This document shows, piece by piece, positions 1 through 9,805 of a stretch of DNA of 32,000 nt (its first letter is position 1; each line of letters starts with the position of its first letter). Position numbers and translations under genes: made by a program. The notes below the pieces were generated by a model. It saw only the letters and a list, made by a program, of their open reading frames with translations, was not told where the DNA came from and made no database searches. Source of the DNA: Mycobacterium tuberculosis H37Rv (lineage in GTDB: Bacteria; Actinomycetota; Actinomycetes; Mycobacteriales; Mycobacteriaceae); the NCBI RefSeq assembly GCF_000195955.2, contig NC_000962.3, positions 2,370,001 to 2,402,000 of the forward strand. The letters run 5' to 3'.

Positions 1-601
1 GCGAACCCGAGCCCACCGCCTGATAGCCCTCTTCCTCGATGTTCCAACCGCCGGCGGCGTCGAACGAAACGATACGACCCGCGCTCTGCGGGTCAGACGC
101 ATGAATGTCGTAGCCCGCCAGCAACGGCAACGCCAGCAGACCCTGCATCGCGGCCGCCAGATTGCCACGCACCATAATCGCCAGCCGGTTGATTTTGCCG
201 GCAAACGTCAGCGGCACACCCTCGAGCTTCTCGTAGTGCTCAAGTTCCACGGCATACAGCCGGGCAAACTCAACCGCGACCGCAGCCGTGCCAGCGATGC
301 CGGTAGCGGTGTAGTCATCGGTGATATACACCTTGCGCACATCACGCCCAGAAATCATGTTGCCCTGCGTCGAACGCCGGTCACCCGCCATGACAACACC
401 GCCGGGGTATTTCAGCGCGACAATGGTGGTGCCGTGCGGCAGTTGCGCATCGCCGCCTGCGAGTGGCGCACCGCCGCTGATGCTTGCCGGCAGCAACTCC
501 GGCGCCTGGCGGCGCAGGAAGTCAGTGAAAGAAGATAGGTCTACAGCGGGTGTTCCAGAGAGTGAATTAATGGACAGGCGATCGGGCAACGGCCAGGTCA
601 C
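1..601 (-). CDS. prcB: Proteasome beta subunit PrcB (Rv2110c-like), 5' portion only; the gene runs off the window start
   Basis: The minus-strand frame is open from base 1. GTG at 601-599 gives [37 protein letters not shown]...[27 protein letters not shown], which is the propeptide plus the Thr-1 active-site context of actinobacterial PrcB. The start overlaps the pup stop in GTGA (598-601). Confidence 0.88.
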   Translation of the reverse strand, partial: MTWPLPDRLSINSLSGTPAVDLSSFTDFLRRQAPELLPASISGGAPLAGGDAQLPHGTTIVALKYPGGVVMAGDRRSTQGNMISGRDVRKVYITDDYTATGIAGTAAVAVEFARLYAVELEHYEKLEGVPLTFAGKINRLAIMVRGNLAAAMQGLLALPLLAGYDIHASDPQSAGRIVSFDAAGGWNIEEEGYQAVGSGS

Positions 602-792
602 TGTCCGCCCTTTTGGACGTATGCGCGGACGAAGTCCTCGGCGTTCTCCTCGAGGACGTCGTCGATTTCGTCGAGCAGATCGTCGGTCTCCTCGGTCAGC
701 TTTTCGCGACGCTCCTGGCCCGCGGCGGTGCTGCCGGCGATGTCGTCATCATCGCCGCCGCCACCGCCACGCTTGGTCTGCTCTTGCGCCAT
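598..792 (-). CDS. pup: Prokaryotic ubiquitin-like protein Pup (64 aa)
   Basis: ORF 598..813 contains [64 protein letters not shown], ending in the diagnostic GGQ. I chose the second ATG (792) because AGGAGG lies 6 nt upstream of it. The ATG at 813 would add 7 residues. Confidence 0.93.
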   Translation of the reverse strand: MAQEQTKRGGGGGDDDDIAGSTAAGQERREKLTEETDDLLDEIDDVLEENAEDFVRAYVQKGGQ

Positions 793-904
793 CGCCGCCT
801 CCTGCTTCCTCATGGCCTTTCAAAAGGCCGCGGGTGCGCGTCACACGCCCGCTGTCTTTCTCTACCCTACCGGTCAACACCAACGTTTCCCGGCCTAACC
901 AGGC

Positions 905-2422
905 TTAGCGAGGCTCAGCGGTCAGTTGCTCTACCAGCTCCACGGCACTGTCCACCGAATCCAGCAACGCACCAACATGCGCCTTACTACCCCGCAACGG
1001 CTCCAGCGTCGGGATGCGAACCAGCGAGTCGCCGCCCAGGTCGAAGATCACCGAGTCCCAGCTAGCCGCGGCGATATCAGCCCCGAACCGGCGCAGGCAT
1101 TCGCCGCGGAAATACGCGCGGGTGTCGGTCGGCGGGTTCTCCACCGCACTCAGCACCTGGTGTTCGGTGACTAAACGCTTCATCGAGCCGCGCGCGACCA
1201 GCCGGTTGTACAGGCCCTTGTCCAGCCGGACATCGGAGTACTGCAGGTCGACGAGGTGCAGCCGGGGCGCCGACCAGCTCAGGTTCTCCCGCTGCCGGAA
1301 ACCGTCGAGCAGCCGCAGTTTGGCCGGCCAGTCCAGCAGCTCCGCGCAATCCATCGGGTCACGCTCGAGCTGATCCAGCACGTGTGCCCAGGTTTCCACG
1401 ATGTCGGCCGCCCGCGGGTCCGGGTCGCGGCTATCCACCAACTTAGCCACTCGGTCCAGGTAGATCCGTTGCAGCGCAAGACCGGTCAGTTCCCGGCCGT
1501 CGGCCAGCGCAACGGTCGCTCGCAGCGACGGATCGCGGGAGATTGCGTGCACCGCATGTACCGGGCGGGCCAGCGCCAGGTCGGTCAGATCTATTGCGTG
1601 GGCTGGTCCTTCTTCGATCAGGTCGAGCACCAGCGCCGTGGTACCCAACTTCAGATAGGTCGACGTCTCGGCAAGGTTGGCGTCGCCGATGATGACGTGC
1701 AGCCGGCGGTACCTGTCGGCGTCGGCGTGCGGTTCGTCGCGGGTGTTGATGATGCCGCGCTTGAGCGTTGTTTCCAGCCCTACCTCGACCTCGATGTAGT
1801 CCGAACGCTGGGATAGCTGGAAGCCGGGCTCATCACCCGAGGGCCCGATGCCGACCCGGCCCGAGCCGGTCACCACCTGCCGGGATACCAGAAAGGGGGT
1901 CAGCCCGGTGATGATCGCCGAGAACGGTGTCTGCCGCGACATCAGGTAGTTCTCGTGCGACCCGTAGGAGGCTCCCTTGCCGTCGACGTTGTTCTTGTAC
2001 AGCTGCAGTTTCGCGGCCCCGGGCACGCTGGCGACATGGCGGGCAGCGGCCTCCATCACGCGTTCGCCCGCCTTGTCCCAGATCACTGCGTCCAGCGGGT
2101 CGGTGCATTCGGGCGCGGAGTATTCCGGGTGCGCGTGGTCGACATACAGCCGCGCCCCGTTGGTCAGGATCATGTTGGCCGCGCCGACCTCGTCGGCGTC
2201 GACCACCGGCGGCGGCCCGGCCGAGCGACTCAAATCGAAGCCCCGGGCGTCGCGCAGCGGCGATTCCACCTCGTAGTCCCAACGGGTGCGTTTGGCACGC
2301 TGAATGCCGGCGGCGGCGGCGTATGCCAGCACCGCCTGCGTCGAGGTGAGGATCGGGTTGGCGGTCGGGTCCGACGGCGAGGAAATGCCGTACTCGACCT
2401 CCGTTCCGATAATCCGCTGCAT
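905..2422 (-). CDS. dop: Pup deamidase/depupylase Dop (505 aa)
   Basis: ORF 905..2569 is trimmed to the ATG at 2422 ([16 protein letters not shown]...), the Pup-ligase/deamidase family N-terminus. The 49 upstream in-frame codons lie in the 57-bp tandem repeat and are unlikely to be coding. Confidence 0.92.
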   Translation of the reverse strand: MQRIIGTEVEYGISSPSDPTANPILTSTQAVLAYAAAAGIQRAKRTRWDYEVESPLRDARGFDLSRSAGPPPVVDADEVGAANMILTNGARLYVDHAHPEYSAPECTDPLDAVIWDKAGERVMEAAARHVASVPGAAKLQLYKNNVDGKGASYGSHENYLMSRQTPFSAIITGLTPFLVSRQVVTGSGRVGIGPSGDEPGFQLSQRSDYIEVEVGLETTLKRGIINTRDEPHADADRYRRLHVIIGDANLAETSTYLKLGTTALVLDLIEEGPAHAIDLTDLALARPVHAVHAISRDPSLRATVALADGRELTGLALQRIYLDRVAKLVDSRDPDPRAADIVETWAHVLDQLERDPMDCAELLDWPAKLRLLDGFRQRENLSWSAPRLHLVDLQYSDVRLDKGLYNRLVARGSMKRLVTEHQVLSAVENPPTDTRAYFRGECLRRFGADIAAASWDSVIFDLGGDSLVRIPTLEPLRGSKAHVGALLDSVDSAVELVEQLTAEPR

Positions 2423-2436
2423 GCCGTAGAGCCTAG

Positions 2437-2605
2437 GCCCGCCGACGATGCGGGCCGCGCAGCGGGCCGCTGAGGAGGCGGGCATCAAGCAACGCCCGCC
2501 GACGATGCGGGCCGCGCAGCGGGCCGCTGAGGAGGCGGGCATCAAGCAAGGCCCGCCGACCCAGAACATCGGAGCGGGCCGCGCAGGAGGTGGACAATCA
2601 AGCAG
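2437..2605 (+). repeat. 57-bp tandem repeat (MIRU/VNTR-like): two near-identical units plus one diverged unit
   Basis: Units 2437-2493 and 2494-2550 are identical except for the last base (gcccgccgacgatgcgggccgcgcagcgggccgctgaggaggcgggcatcaagcaa[c/g]). A third, diverged copy spans 2551 to about 2605. On the + strand each unit carries TGAGGAGG (a stop plus an SD-like core). Confidence 0.9.
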
Positions 2606-2629
2606 GGCCCGGCGCTAGGGTAGGCCGGC

Positions 2630-3823
2630 ATGAGCCTTTCCGTCCGTCGCCCCCCGGCGGCCCGAGCAGCGGCCATTGTGGAGGCTGAAAGCTGGTTCTT
2701 GAAGCGTGGTCTGCCCTCGGTGCTGACCATGCGGGGCCGGTGCCGTCGGCTGTGGCCGCGGTCGGCTCCGATGTTGGCCGCCTGGGCGGTGGTCGAGGGC
2801 TGCCTCATGGCCGTCTTCTTCGTCACCGACGGCGGCGAAGTCTTCATCAGCGCGACGCCGACGACAGCGCAATGGGTGATCCTGGCGCTGCTCGCGGTTG
2901 CTCTTCCGCTGGCCTCCCTCGTCGGCTGGTTGGTGTCGCAGATATCAAGCGGGCGTGGCCAAGCGGCGGTGGCGACCATGGCGGTGGCCTTCGCGGCCGC
3001 ATCCGACGTCATCGAATCCGGCCCGATCCAGCTGTTGCGGACCGCCGTCGTGGTGGGCCTGGTGCTGCTGCAGACCGGCTGCGGCGTCGGGTCGGTGCTT
3101 GGCTGGGCGGTGCGGATGACGCTGGAGCACCTTGCGACGGTCGGCACGCTGGCGGTCCGGGCCCTGCCGATCGTGCTACTGACGGCATTGGTGTTCTTCA
3201 ACACCTATGTCTGGCTGATGGCCGCCAACATCAACGGCGAGCGGCTGACGCTGGCGATGGTTTTTCTGCTCGCCATCGCCGGGGCGTTCGTCGTGTCCAA
3301 GACGGTGGAACGGGTGCGTCCGCTGCTTCGCTCAACGACGGTGATGCCCCAAGGCAGCCAAAGCCTGGCCGGCACACCCTTCGCGACCATGGGCGACCCC
3401 TCTCCCGGCTTCCCCCTCACCCGGGCCGAACGCCTCAACGTGGTCTTCCTGCTGGCGGCCTCGCAACTCGTCGAGATCCTGGTAGTGGCGTCGGTCGGCG
3501 CCGCGATATACCTCGTTCTGGGCATGATCATTCTCACTCCGCCGCTGCTTCGGGAATGGACGCACTACGATTCGATGACCACGACGGTGCTCGGCATGAC
3601 GTTCCCGGCGCCGGATTCGCTCATCCGTATGTGTCTTTTCCTGGGCGCGCTGACGTTCATGTACATCAGCGCCCGCGCGGTCGACGACGCCGAGTACCGC
3701 GCGATGTTCCTCGACCCTCTGATCGACGACCTGCACACCGCGCTGCTCGCGCGCAACCGCTACCGCAACAACGTGGTGACCGCGCCGTGCGCCGGTGTTG
3801 ACGCCGGTCACGTCGATGACTAG
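2630..3823 (+). CDS. Conserved integral membrane protein (Rv2113-like, 397 aa)
   Basis: The full-length ORF has several hydrophobic segments (WVILALLAVALPLASLVGWLV, VVVGLVLLQTGCGVGSVLGWAV, IVLLTALVFFNTYVWLMAA, LAMVFLLAIAGAFVV, VVFLLAASQLVEILVVASVGAAIYLVLGMIIL). No catalytic motif was recognised. Confidence 0.8.
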   Translation: MSLSVRRPPAARAAAIVEAESWFLKRGLPSVLTMRGRCRRLWPRSAPMLAAWAVVEGCLMAVFFVTDGGEVFISATPTTAQWVILALLAVALPLASLVGWLVSQISSGRGQAAVATMAVAFAAASDVIESGPIQLLRTAVVVGLVLLQTGCGVGSVLGWAVRMTLEHLATVGTLAVRALPIVLLTALVFFNTYVWLMAANINGERLTLAMVFLLAIAGAFVVSKTVERVRPLLRSTTVMPQGSQSLAGTPFATMGDPSPGFPLTRAERLNVVFLLAASQLVEILVVASVGAAIYLVLGMIILTPPLLREWTHYDSMTTTVLGMTFPAPDSLIRMCLFLGALTFMYISARAVDDAEYRAMFLDPLIDDLHTALLARNRYRNNVVTAPCAGVDAGHVDD

Positions 3824-3833
3824 GTTCACCCTG

Positions 3834-4457
3834 ATGTCGGCTCCCGAACGGGTAACCGGCTTGTCCGGGCAACGTTACGGGGAAGTCCTTCTCGTAACAC
3901 CCGGGGAGGCCGGTCCACAGGCCACCGTTTACAACAGCTTCCCGCTTAACGATTGTCCGGCCGAGCTGTGGTCCGCGCTCGATCCGCAAGCCCTAGCCAC
4001 CGAACACAAAGCGGCCACCGCCCTGCTCAACGGTCCGCGCTATTGGTTGATGAACGCCATCGAGAAGGCGCCCCAGGGCCCGCCGGTGACGAAGACCTTC
4101 GGCGGGATCGAGATGCTCCAGCAGGCCACGGTGCTGCTGTCATCGATGAACCCTGCCCCATACACCGTCAGCCAGGTCAGCCGCAACACGGTCTTTGTGT
4201 TCAACGCCGGCGAAGAGGTCTACGAACTGCAGGACCCCAAGGGACAGCGCTGGGTGATGCAGACGTGGAGTCAAGTGGTGGACCCCAACCTGTCCCGAGC
4301 CGACCTGCCCAAGCTGGGTGAACGGCTCAACCTGCCAGCCGGGTGGTCCTATCATACCCGCGTGCTTACCAGCGAGTTGCGGGTCGACACTACCAACCGG
4401 GAGGCCCGCGTCCTGCAAGACGACCTCACCAACAGCTACTCGCTGGTGACCGCCTGA
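3834..4457 (+). CDS. Conserved hypothetical protein (Rv2114-like, 207 aa)
   Basis: ORF 3795..4457 is started at the ATG at 3834 (MSAPERVTGLSGQRYGEVLLV...), 10 nt after the upstream TAG. The earlier TTG at 3795 would overlap the preceding gene. Function is unknown. Confidence 0.7.
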   Translation: MSAPERVTGLSGQRYGEVLLVTPGEAGPQATVYNSFPLNDCPAELWSALDPQALATEHKAATALLNGPRYWLMNAIEKAPQGPPVTKTFGGIEMLQQATVLLSSMNPAPYTVSQVSRNTVFVFNAGEEVYELQDPKGQRWVMQTWSQVVDPNLSRADLPKLGERLNLPAGWSYHTRVLTSELRVDTTNREARVLQDDLTNSYSLVTA

Positions 4458-4460
4458 GCC

Positions 4461-6290
4461 CTACAGGTACTGGCCGAGGTTGGACTCGGTATCAATAGCC
4501 CTGCTGGCCGACGAACTCTTTCCGGTGACCAGGGTGCGGATGTAGACGATCCGCTCCCCCTTCTTGCCCGAGATCCGCGCCCAGTCATCGGGGTTGGTGG
4601 TGTTGGGCAAATCCTCGTTCTCGGCGAACTCGTCGACGATCGAATCGAGCAGATGCTGTATACGCAGTCCCGGTTGGCCGGTCTCCAGCACCGATTTGAT
4701 GGCGTTCTTCTTGGCTCGGTCGACGACGTTCTGGATCATCGCCCCGGAGTTGAAGTCCTTGAAGTACATGACTTCCTTGTCGCCGTTGGCATAGGTGACC
4801 TCCAGGAACCGGTTGTCGTCGATCTCGGCATACATCCGGTCGACAACCTTCTCGATCATCGCCTTGATGCAGGCCGAACGGTCACCGTCGAACTCGGCGA
4901 GATCGTCGGCGTGCACCGGCAAGAACTCGGTCAGGTACTTCGAGTAGATGTCCTGCGCCGCTTCGGCATCAGGCCGCTCGATCTTGATCTTCACGTCGAG
5001 GCGCCCGGGCCGCAGGATGGCAGGGTCGATCATGTCCTCTCGGTTGGAGGCGCCGATCACGATGACATTCTCGAGTCCCTCCACCCCGTCGATCTCGCTG
5101 AGCAGCTGCGGGACCACCGTGGTCTCGACGTCCGAGGAAACGCCGGTGCCACGGGTGCGAAAGATCGAGTCCATCTCGTCGAAAAACACGATCACCGGAG
5201 TGCCTTCCGACGCCTTCTCGCGGGCCCGTTGGAAGATCAGCCGGATGTGGCGTTCCGTTTCCCCGACGAATTTGTTCAGCAGCTCGGGGCCCTTGATGTT
5301 GAGGAAGTACGACTTCGCCTCGTGGGCATCGTCGCCGCGGACCTCGGCCATTTTCTTGGCCAACGAGTTGGCCACAGCCTTGGCGATCAACGTCTTACCA
5401 CAGCCGGGTGGGCCATAGAGCAACACACCCTTGGGCGGGCGCAGCGAGTACTCCCGGTACAACTCCTTGTGCAGGAACGGCAGCTCCACGGCGTCGCGGA
5501 TCTGCTCGATCTGGCGGCTCAGACCGCCGATGTCGGCGTAGCTGACGTCCGGCACCTCTTCCAGCACCAGGTCTTCTACCTCGGCTTTGGGGATGCGTTC
5601 GAAGGCATAGCCGGCTTTGGTGTCGACCAGCAGCGAGTCGCCGGGGCGCAGCTTGCGCGGCCGGGTGTCATCGTTGAGGGCCTCAGGGAGGCCGTCTGGC
5701 AGGTCCTCGGCGATCAGGGGATCAGCCAGCCAAACAACGCGTTCCTCGTCGGCGTGGCCGACGACCAGAGCCCGATGACCGTCGGCCAGGATCTCGCGCA
5801 AGGTGGATATCTCGCCGACCGCCTCGAATGTGCCGGCCTCCACGACGGTCAGGGCCTCGTTGAGCCGGACCGTCTGCCCCTTCTTCAGCGATGCAGCGTC
5901 AATATTCGGTGAGCACGTCAGGCGCATCTTGCGACCCGATGTGAACACATCGACCGTGTCGTCGTCGTGCGTGGCCAGCAGGACGCCGTAGCCACTGGGC
6001 GGCTGCCCCAGCCGGTCAACTTCCTCGCGCAGCGCCAGCAGTTGTTGACGGGCTTCTTTAAGAGTTTCCATTAATTTGGAATTGCGGGCAGCAAGTGAGT
6101 CGATACGGGCTTCGAGTTGATGTATATCGCGGGCAGAGCGCGTCGGGGCATGTGATCCGACGGCGTTCTCAAGTTGCTCGCGCAGGACCGCAGCCTCGCG
6201 CCGCAGCTGTTCTAATTCGGCGGCATCACCACTGGACAGCGGGCTATCCCGGGGGATGCCGAATGCCTCAGAACGCTCTGACTCACCCAT
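4461..6290 (-). CDS. mpa: Mycobacterial proteasome ATPase Mpa/ARC (609 aa)
   Basis: ORF 4461..6308 is started at the ATG at 6290 ([10 protein letters not shown]...). It has an N-terminal coiled coil, Walker A GPPGCGKT, Walker [10 protein letters not shown] and the C-terminal ...NLGQYL proteasome-docking tail. Confidence 0.95.
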
Positions 6291-6570
6291 GTTGCGCTCC
6301 TTTCCCACGCCAGGAATCGCGCGGCGGATACTCCAACGCTACCGGCGATCGGCGCTTCATGTTGGCAGTCGAATGCCGATGGAAAGTAACAACTTGTATC
6401 GCTGGTAATCTCGGCCCCGAATCCAGCCGATCAAACGGACCTTGAGAGGAGCACTGTGACCGCGAAATCCCTAGCCACAGGCGTAGTGGGCGACGCGGCG
6501 ATCAGTGCGGCGGCCGCCGCCGAGACTTCTGCTGCATTCGCAAGCGGCCGGTAGCCGAGCGTGTCGCTGG

Positions 6571-7140
6571 ATGCGCCGAAACATCCGTGTAACCCTGGGC
6601 GCCGCCACCATCGTGGCGGCGTTAGGGCTCTCCGGGTGTTCACACCCTGAGTTCAAGCGTTCGTCGCCGCCTGCCCCGTCACTGCCGCCCGTCACGTCGA
6701 GCCCGCTCGAGGCCGCGCCGATCACGCCCCTGCCCGCACCCGAAGCCCTGATCGATGTGCTGTCCCGGCTCGCCGACCCGGCCGTGCCGGGCACCAACAA
6801 GGTGCAGCTCATCGAGGGCGCGACCCCCGAAAACGCCGCTGCCCTGGACAGGTTCACCACCGCACTGCGTGACGGGAGCTACTTGCCCATGACCTTCGCG
6901 GCCAACGACATCGCATGGTCGGACAACAAGCCGTCCGACGTGATGGCCACCGTCGTCGTCACCACTGCCCATCCGGACAACCGCGAGTTCACGTTTCCCA
7001 TGGAATTCGTGTCCTTCAAGGGCGGCTGGCAATTGTCTAGGCAGACCGCGGAAATGCTGCTGGCCATGGGTAACTCACCGGATTCGACTCCGTCGGCTAC
7101 CAGCCCGGCGCCGGCCCCATCACCGACTCCCCCTGGCTGA
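6571..7140 (+). CDS. lppK: Lipoprotein LppK (189 aa)
   Basis: ORF 6505..7140 is started at the ATG at 6571. This gives the signal peptide [23 protein letters not shown] with the lipobox LSGC. Confidence 0.85.
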
Positions 7141-7147
7141 GCTCCCG

Positions 7148-7441
7148 ATGTGGATTGGCTGGCTGGAATTCGACGTGCTGCTGGGCGACGTGCGCTCACT
7201 CAAGCAGAAGCGGTCGGTGACCCGCCCCCTGGTCGCCGAGTTGCAGCGCAAATTCAGCGTGTCGGCCGCCGAGACCGGTTCGCATGATCTGTACCGGCGG
7301 GCGGGCATCGGTGTGGCCGTGGTGTCCGGTGACCGCAGCCACGCCGTCGATGTCCTCGACAACGCCGAACGTCTGGTAGCCGCACATCCGGAGTTCGAGT
7401 TGCTGTCCGTGCGCCGGGGCCTGCACCGCACTGACGACTAA
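7148..7441 (+). CDS. DUF503 (YlxP-like) small protein (Rv2117-like, 97 aa)
   Basis: The 97-aa ORF MWIGWLEFDVLLGDVRSLKQKRSVTRPLVAELQRKFSVSAAETG... matches the remembered DUF503 pattern (SLKxKR ... KF.VS.AE). It starts 7 nt after the lppK stop. Confidence 0.8.
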   Translation: MWIGWLEFDVLLGDVRSLKQKRSVTRPLVAELQRKFSVSAAETGSHDLYRRAGIGVAVVSGDRSHAVDVLDNAERLVAAHPEFELLSVRRGLHRTDD

Positions 7442-7469
7442 GTGGACTGGCTCCCAGCTGTGTCTCCCG

Positions 7470-8372
<903 letters not shown>

Positions 8373-8385
8373 CTAAGCTGCGGAC

Positions 8386-9222
8386 ATGGCCGACCAGCCG
8401 GACCCGCCCACACCACGGCCGGCGTTATCACCGTCACGGGCGACGGACTTCAAGCAATGCCCGCTGCTATACCGGTTTCGCGCGATCGACCGGCTACCCG
8501 AGGCGACGTCGGCGGCGCAGTTACGGGGTTCGGTGGTGCACGCCGCGCTTGAGCAGCTCTATGGGCTACCCGCGGGGCTGCGCAGCCCGGATACTGCGAG
8601 GTCACTGGTGCAGCGCGCTTGGGACCAGATGGTCGCCGCGGAGCCCGAACTGGCCGGCGAACTGGACCCCGGACAACCAACCCAGCTGCTGGAGGACGCC
8701 CGCGCGTTGGTGTCCGGCTACTACCGGCTGGAAGACCCGACTCGGTTCGACCCGCAATGCTGCGAACAGCGGGTGGAGGTCGAACTGGCCGACGGAACTC
8801 TGTTGCGCGGCTACATCGACCGCATTGACGTCGCCGCCACCGGCGAGCTGCGGGTGGTCGACTACAAGACTGGCAAGGCGCCGCCGGCGGCGCGGGCGTT
8901 GGCGGAGTTTAAGGCGATGTTTCAGATGAAGTTCTACGCGGTGGCGCTATTTCGGTCGCGCGGCGTGCCGCCCACCCGGCTGCGGCTCATCTATCTGGCC
9001 GACGGCCAGCTGCTCGACTATTCACCGGACCGCGACGAGCTATTGCGTTTCGAAAAGACGTTGATGGCGATTTGGCGTGCTATCCAATCCGCAGGCGAGA
9101 CAGGCGATTTCCGCCCCAACCCATCGCGGCTCTGCGATTGGTGCCCGCATCAACAGCGCTGCCCGGCCTTCGGCGGAACACCACCGCCCTATCCAGGGTG
9201 GCCCACCGAGCCGGCGGCATAA
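8386..9222 (+). CDS. RecB/Cas4-like PD-(D/E)XK nuclease-fold protein with a Cys cluster (Rv2119-like, 278 aa)
   Basis: Motifs seen are GYIDRIDV, LRVVDYKTGK and QMKFYA. There is one N-terminal Cys (FKQCPLLY) plus a C-terminal CDWCPHQQRC, which is the Cas4/AddB-type 4-Cys arrangement. Confidence 0.8.
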   Translation: MADQPDPPTPRPALSPSRATDFKQCPLLYRFRAIDRLPEATSAAQLRGSVVHAALEQLYGLPAGLRSPDTARSLVQRAWDQMVAAEPELAGELDPGQPTQLLEDARALVSGYYRLEDPTRFDPQCCEQRVEVELADGTLLRGYIDRIDVAATGELRVVDYKTGKAPPAARALAEFKAMFQMKFYAVALFRSRGVPPTRLRLIYLADGQLLDYSPDRDELLRFEKTLMAIWRAIQSAGETGDFRPNPSRLCDWCPHQQRCPAFGGTPPPYPGWPTEPAA

Positions 9223-9244
9223 ACGATCGCGTCGAAGTGCGGTG

Positions 9245-9727
9245 TCATAGGGCCGCCGCGGCGGCGACGATGGCAAACCCGCCCAACACCGCGACCGAAT
9301 CCTCGAGCAGCGCGATCGGCAGGTCGTGGCCGCCACGGGCAGCCACCAGCCTCGTACGTGCCTGATAGCCGCCCATGGTGCCGAGCACGGCGCCGATAAC
9401 CCCAGCGCCAAGCCCGCCCCACCGGTAGCCCCACGCGGTGCCGATGACCGCGCCGGCGAACGCGCCCAAAATGATCCGGACAGCGAACACCGGCGTCACG
9501 GTACGCGGCGGTGTTTTGGGACGTTTGTCGTTAACGAGTTCGGCGACCGCAAGAACGCTGACGATCACCACGGTCACGAAATTGCCCATCCAGGATGCCC
9601 AGGTTCCATGCAGGTTGATCCAGCCGAGAAAGGCGGCCCAGGAGACCACGGCCGGGGCCGTCAGGGAACGCAACCCGGCGACGACACCGATAAGCAGCGC
9701 CAGCAGCAGAACAAGGACATGCGTCAC
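9245..9727 (-). CDS. Conserved integral membrane protein (Rv2120c-like, 160 aa; possibly DUF4126)
   Basis: ORF 9245..9760 is started at the GTG at 9727, because GGAGG lies 7 nt upstream (caGGAGGgatcgctGTG). The protein is very hydrophobic and Gly/Ala-rich. Confidence 0.78.
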   Translation of the reverse strand: MTHVLVLLLALLIGVVAGLRSLTAPAVVSWAAFLGWINLHGTWASWMGNFVTVVIVSVLAVAELVNDKRPKTPPRTVTPVFAVRIILGAFAGAVIGTAWGYRWGGLGAGVIGAVLGTMGGYQARTRLVAARGGHDLPIALLEDSVAVLGGFAIVAAAAAL

Positions 9728-9805
9728 AGCGATCCCTCCTGACACAGACGTTATGGGCAATCAGGCCCCAGCGGACGCTAACACAGCGTGGGCCCCGCCA
9801 CAGGA

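Noticed and set aside
321-1065. Arg/Pro-rich + strand ORFs over prcB/pup/dop (for example 321..908 and 613..1065), and similar alternate-frame ORFs throughout (2740..3801, 11085..11630, 14155..14961, 16523..17383)
   Set aside because: They have low-complexity Arg/Pro/Gly composition and lie opposite or out of frame to strongly supported genes. This is a typical artefact of about 65% GC DNA.
2423-2569. A 49-codon N-terminal extension of dop ([25 protein letters not shown]...)
   Set aside because: The extension is produced entirely by the 57-bp (19-codon) tandem repeat staying in frame. The conserved Dop N-terminus [12 protein letters not shown] begins at 2422.
2437-2605. The tandem repeats (here and at 31763-31936) as CRISPR arrays
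   Set aside because: The units are directly adjacent with no unique spacers, and the 57/58-bp period fits MIRU/VNTR minisatellites. No cas genes are present.
6040-6135. An AT-rich patch inside mpa as a possible insertion or regulatory island
   Set aside because: It stays in frame and encodes the Lys/Glu/Leu/Asn-rich N-terminal coiled coil of Mpa (…[23 protein letters not shown]…). The composition reflects the amino-acid content.
8386-9222. The Cas4-like nuclease as evidence of a CRISPR-Cas or phage-defence island
   Set aside because: There is no array, no cas1/cas2, no integrase and no compositional break. The flanking genes are conserved housekeeping genes.
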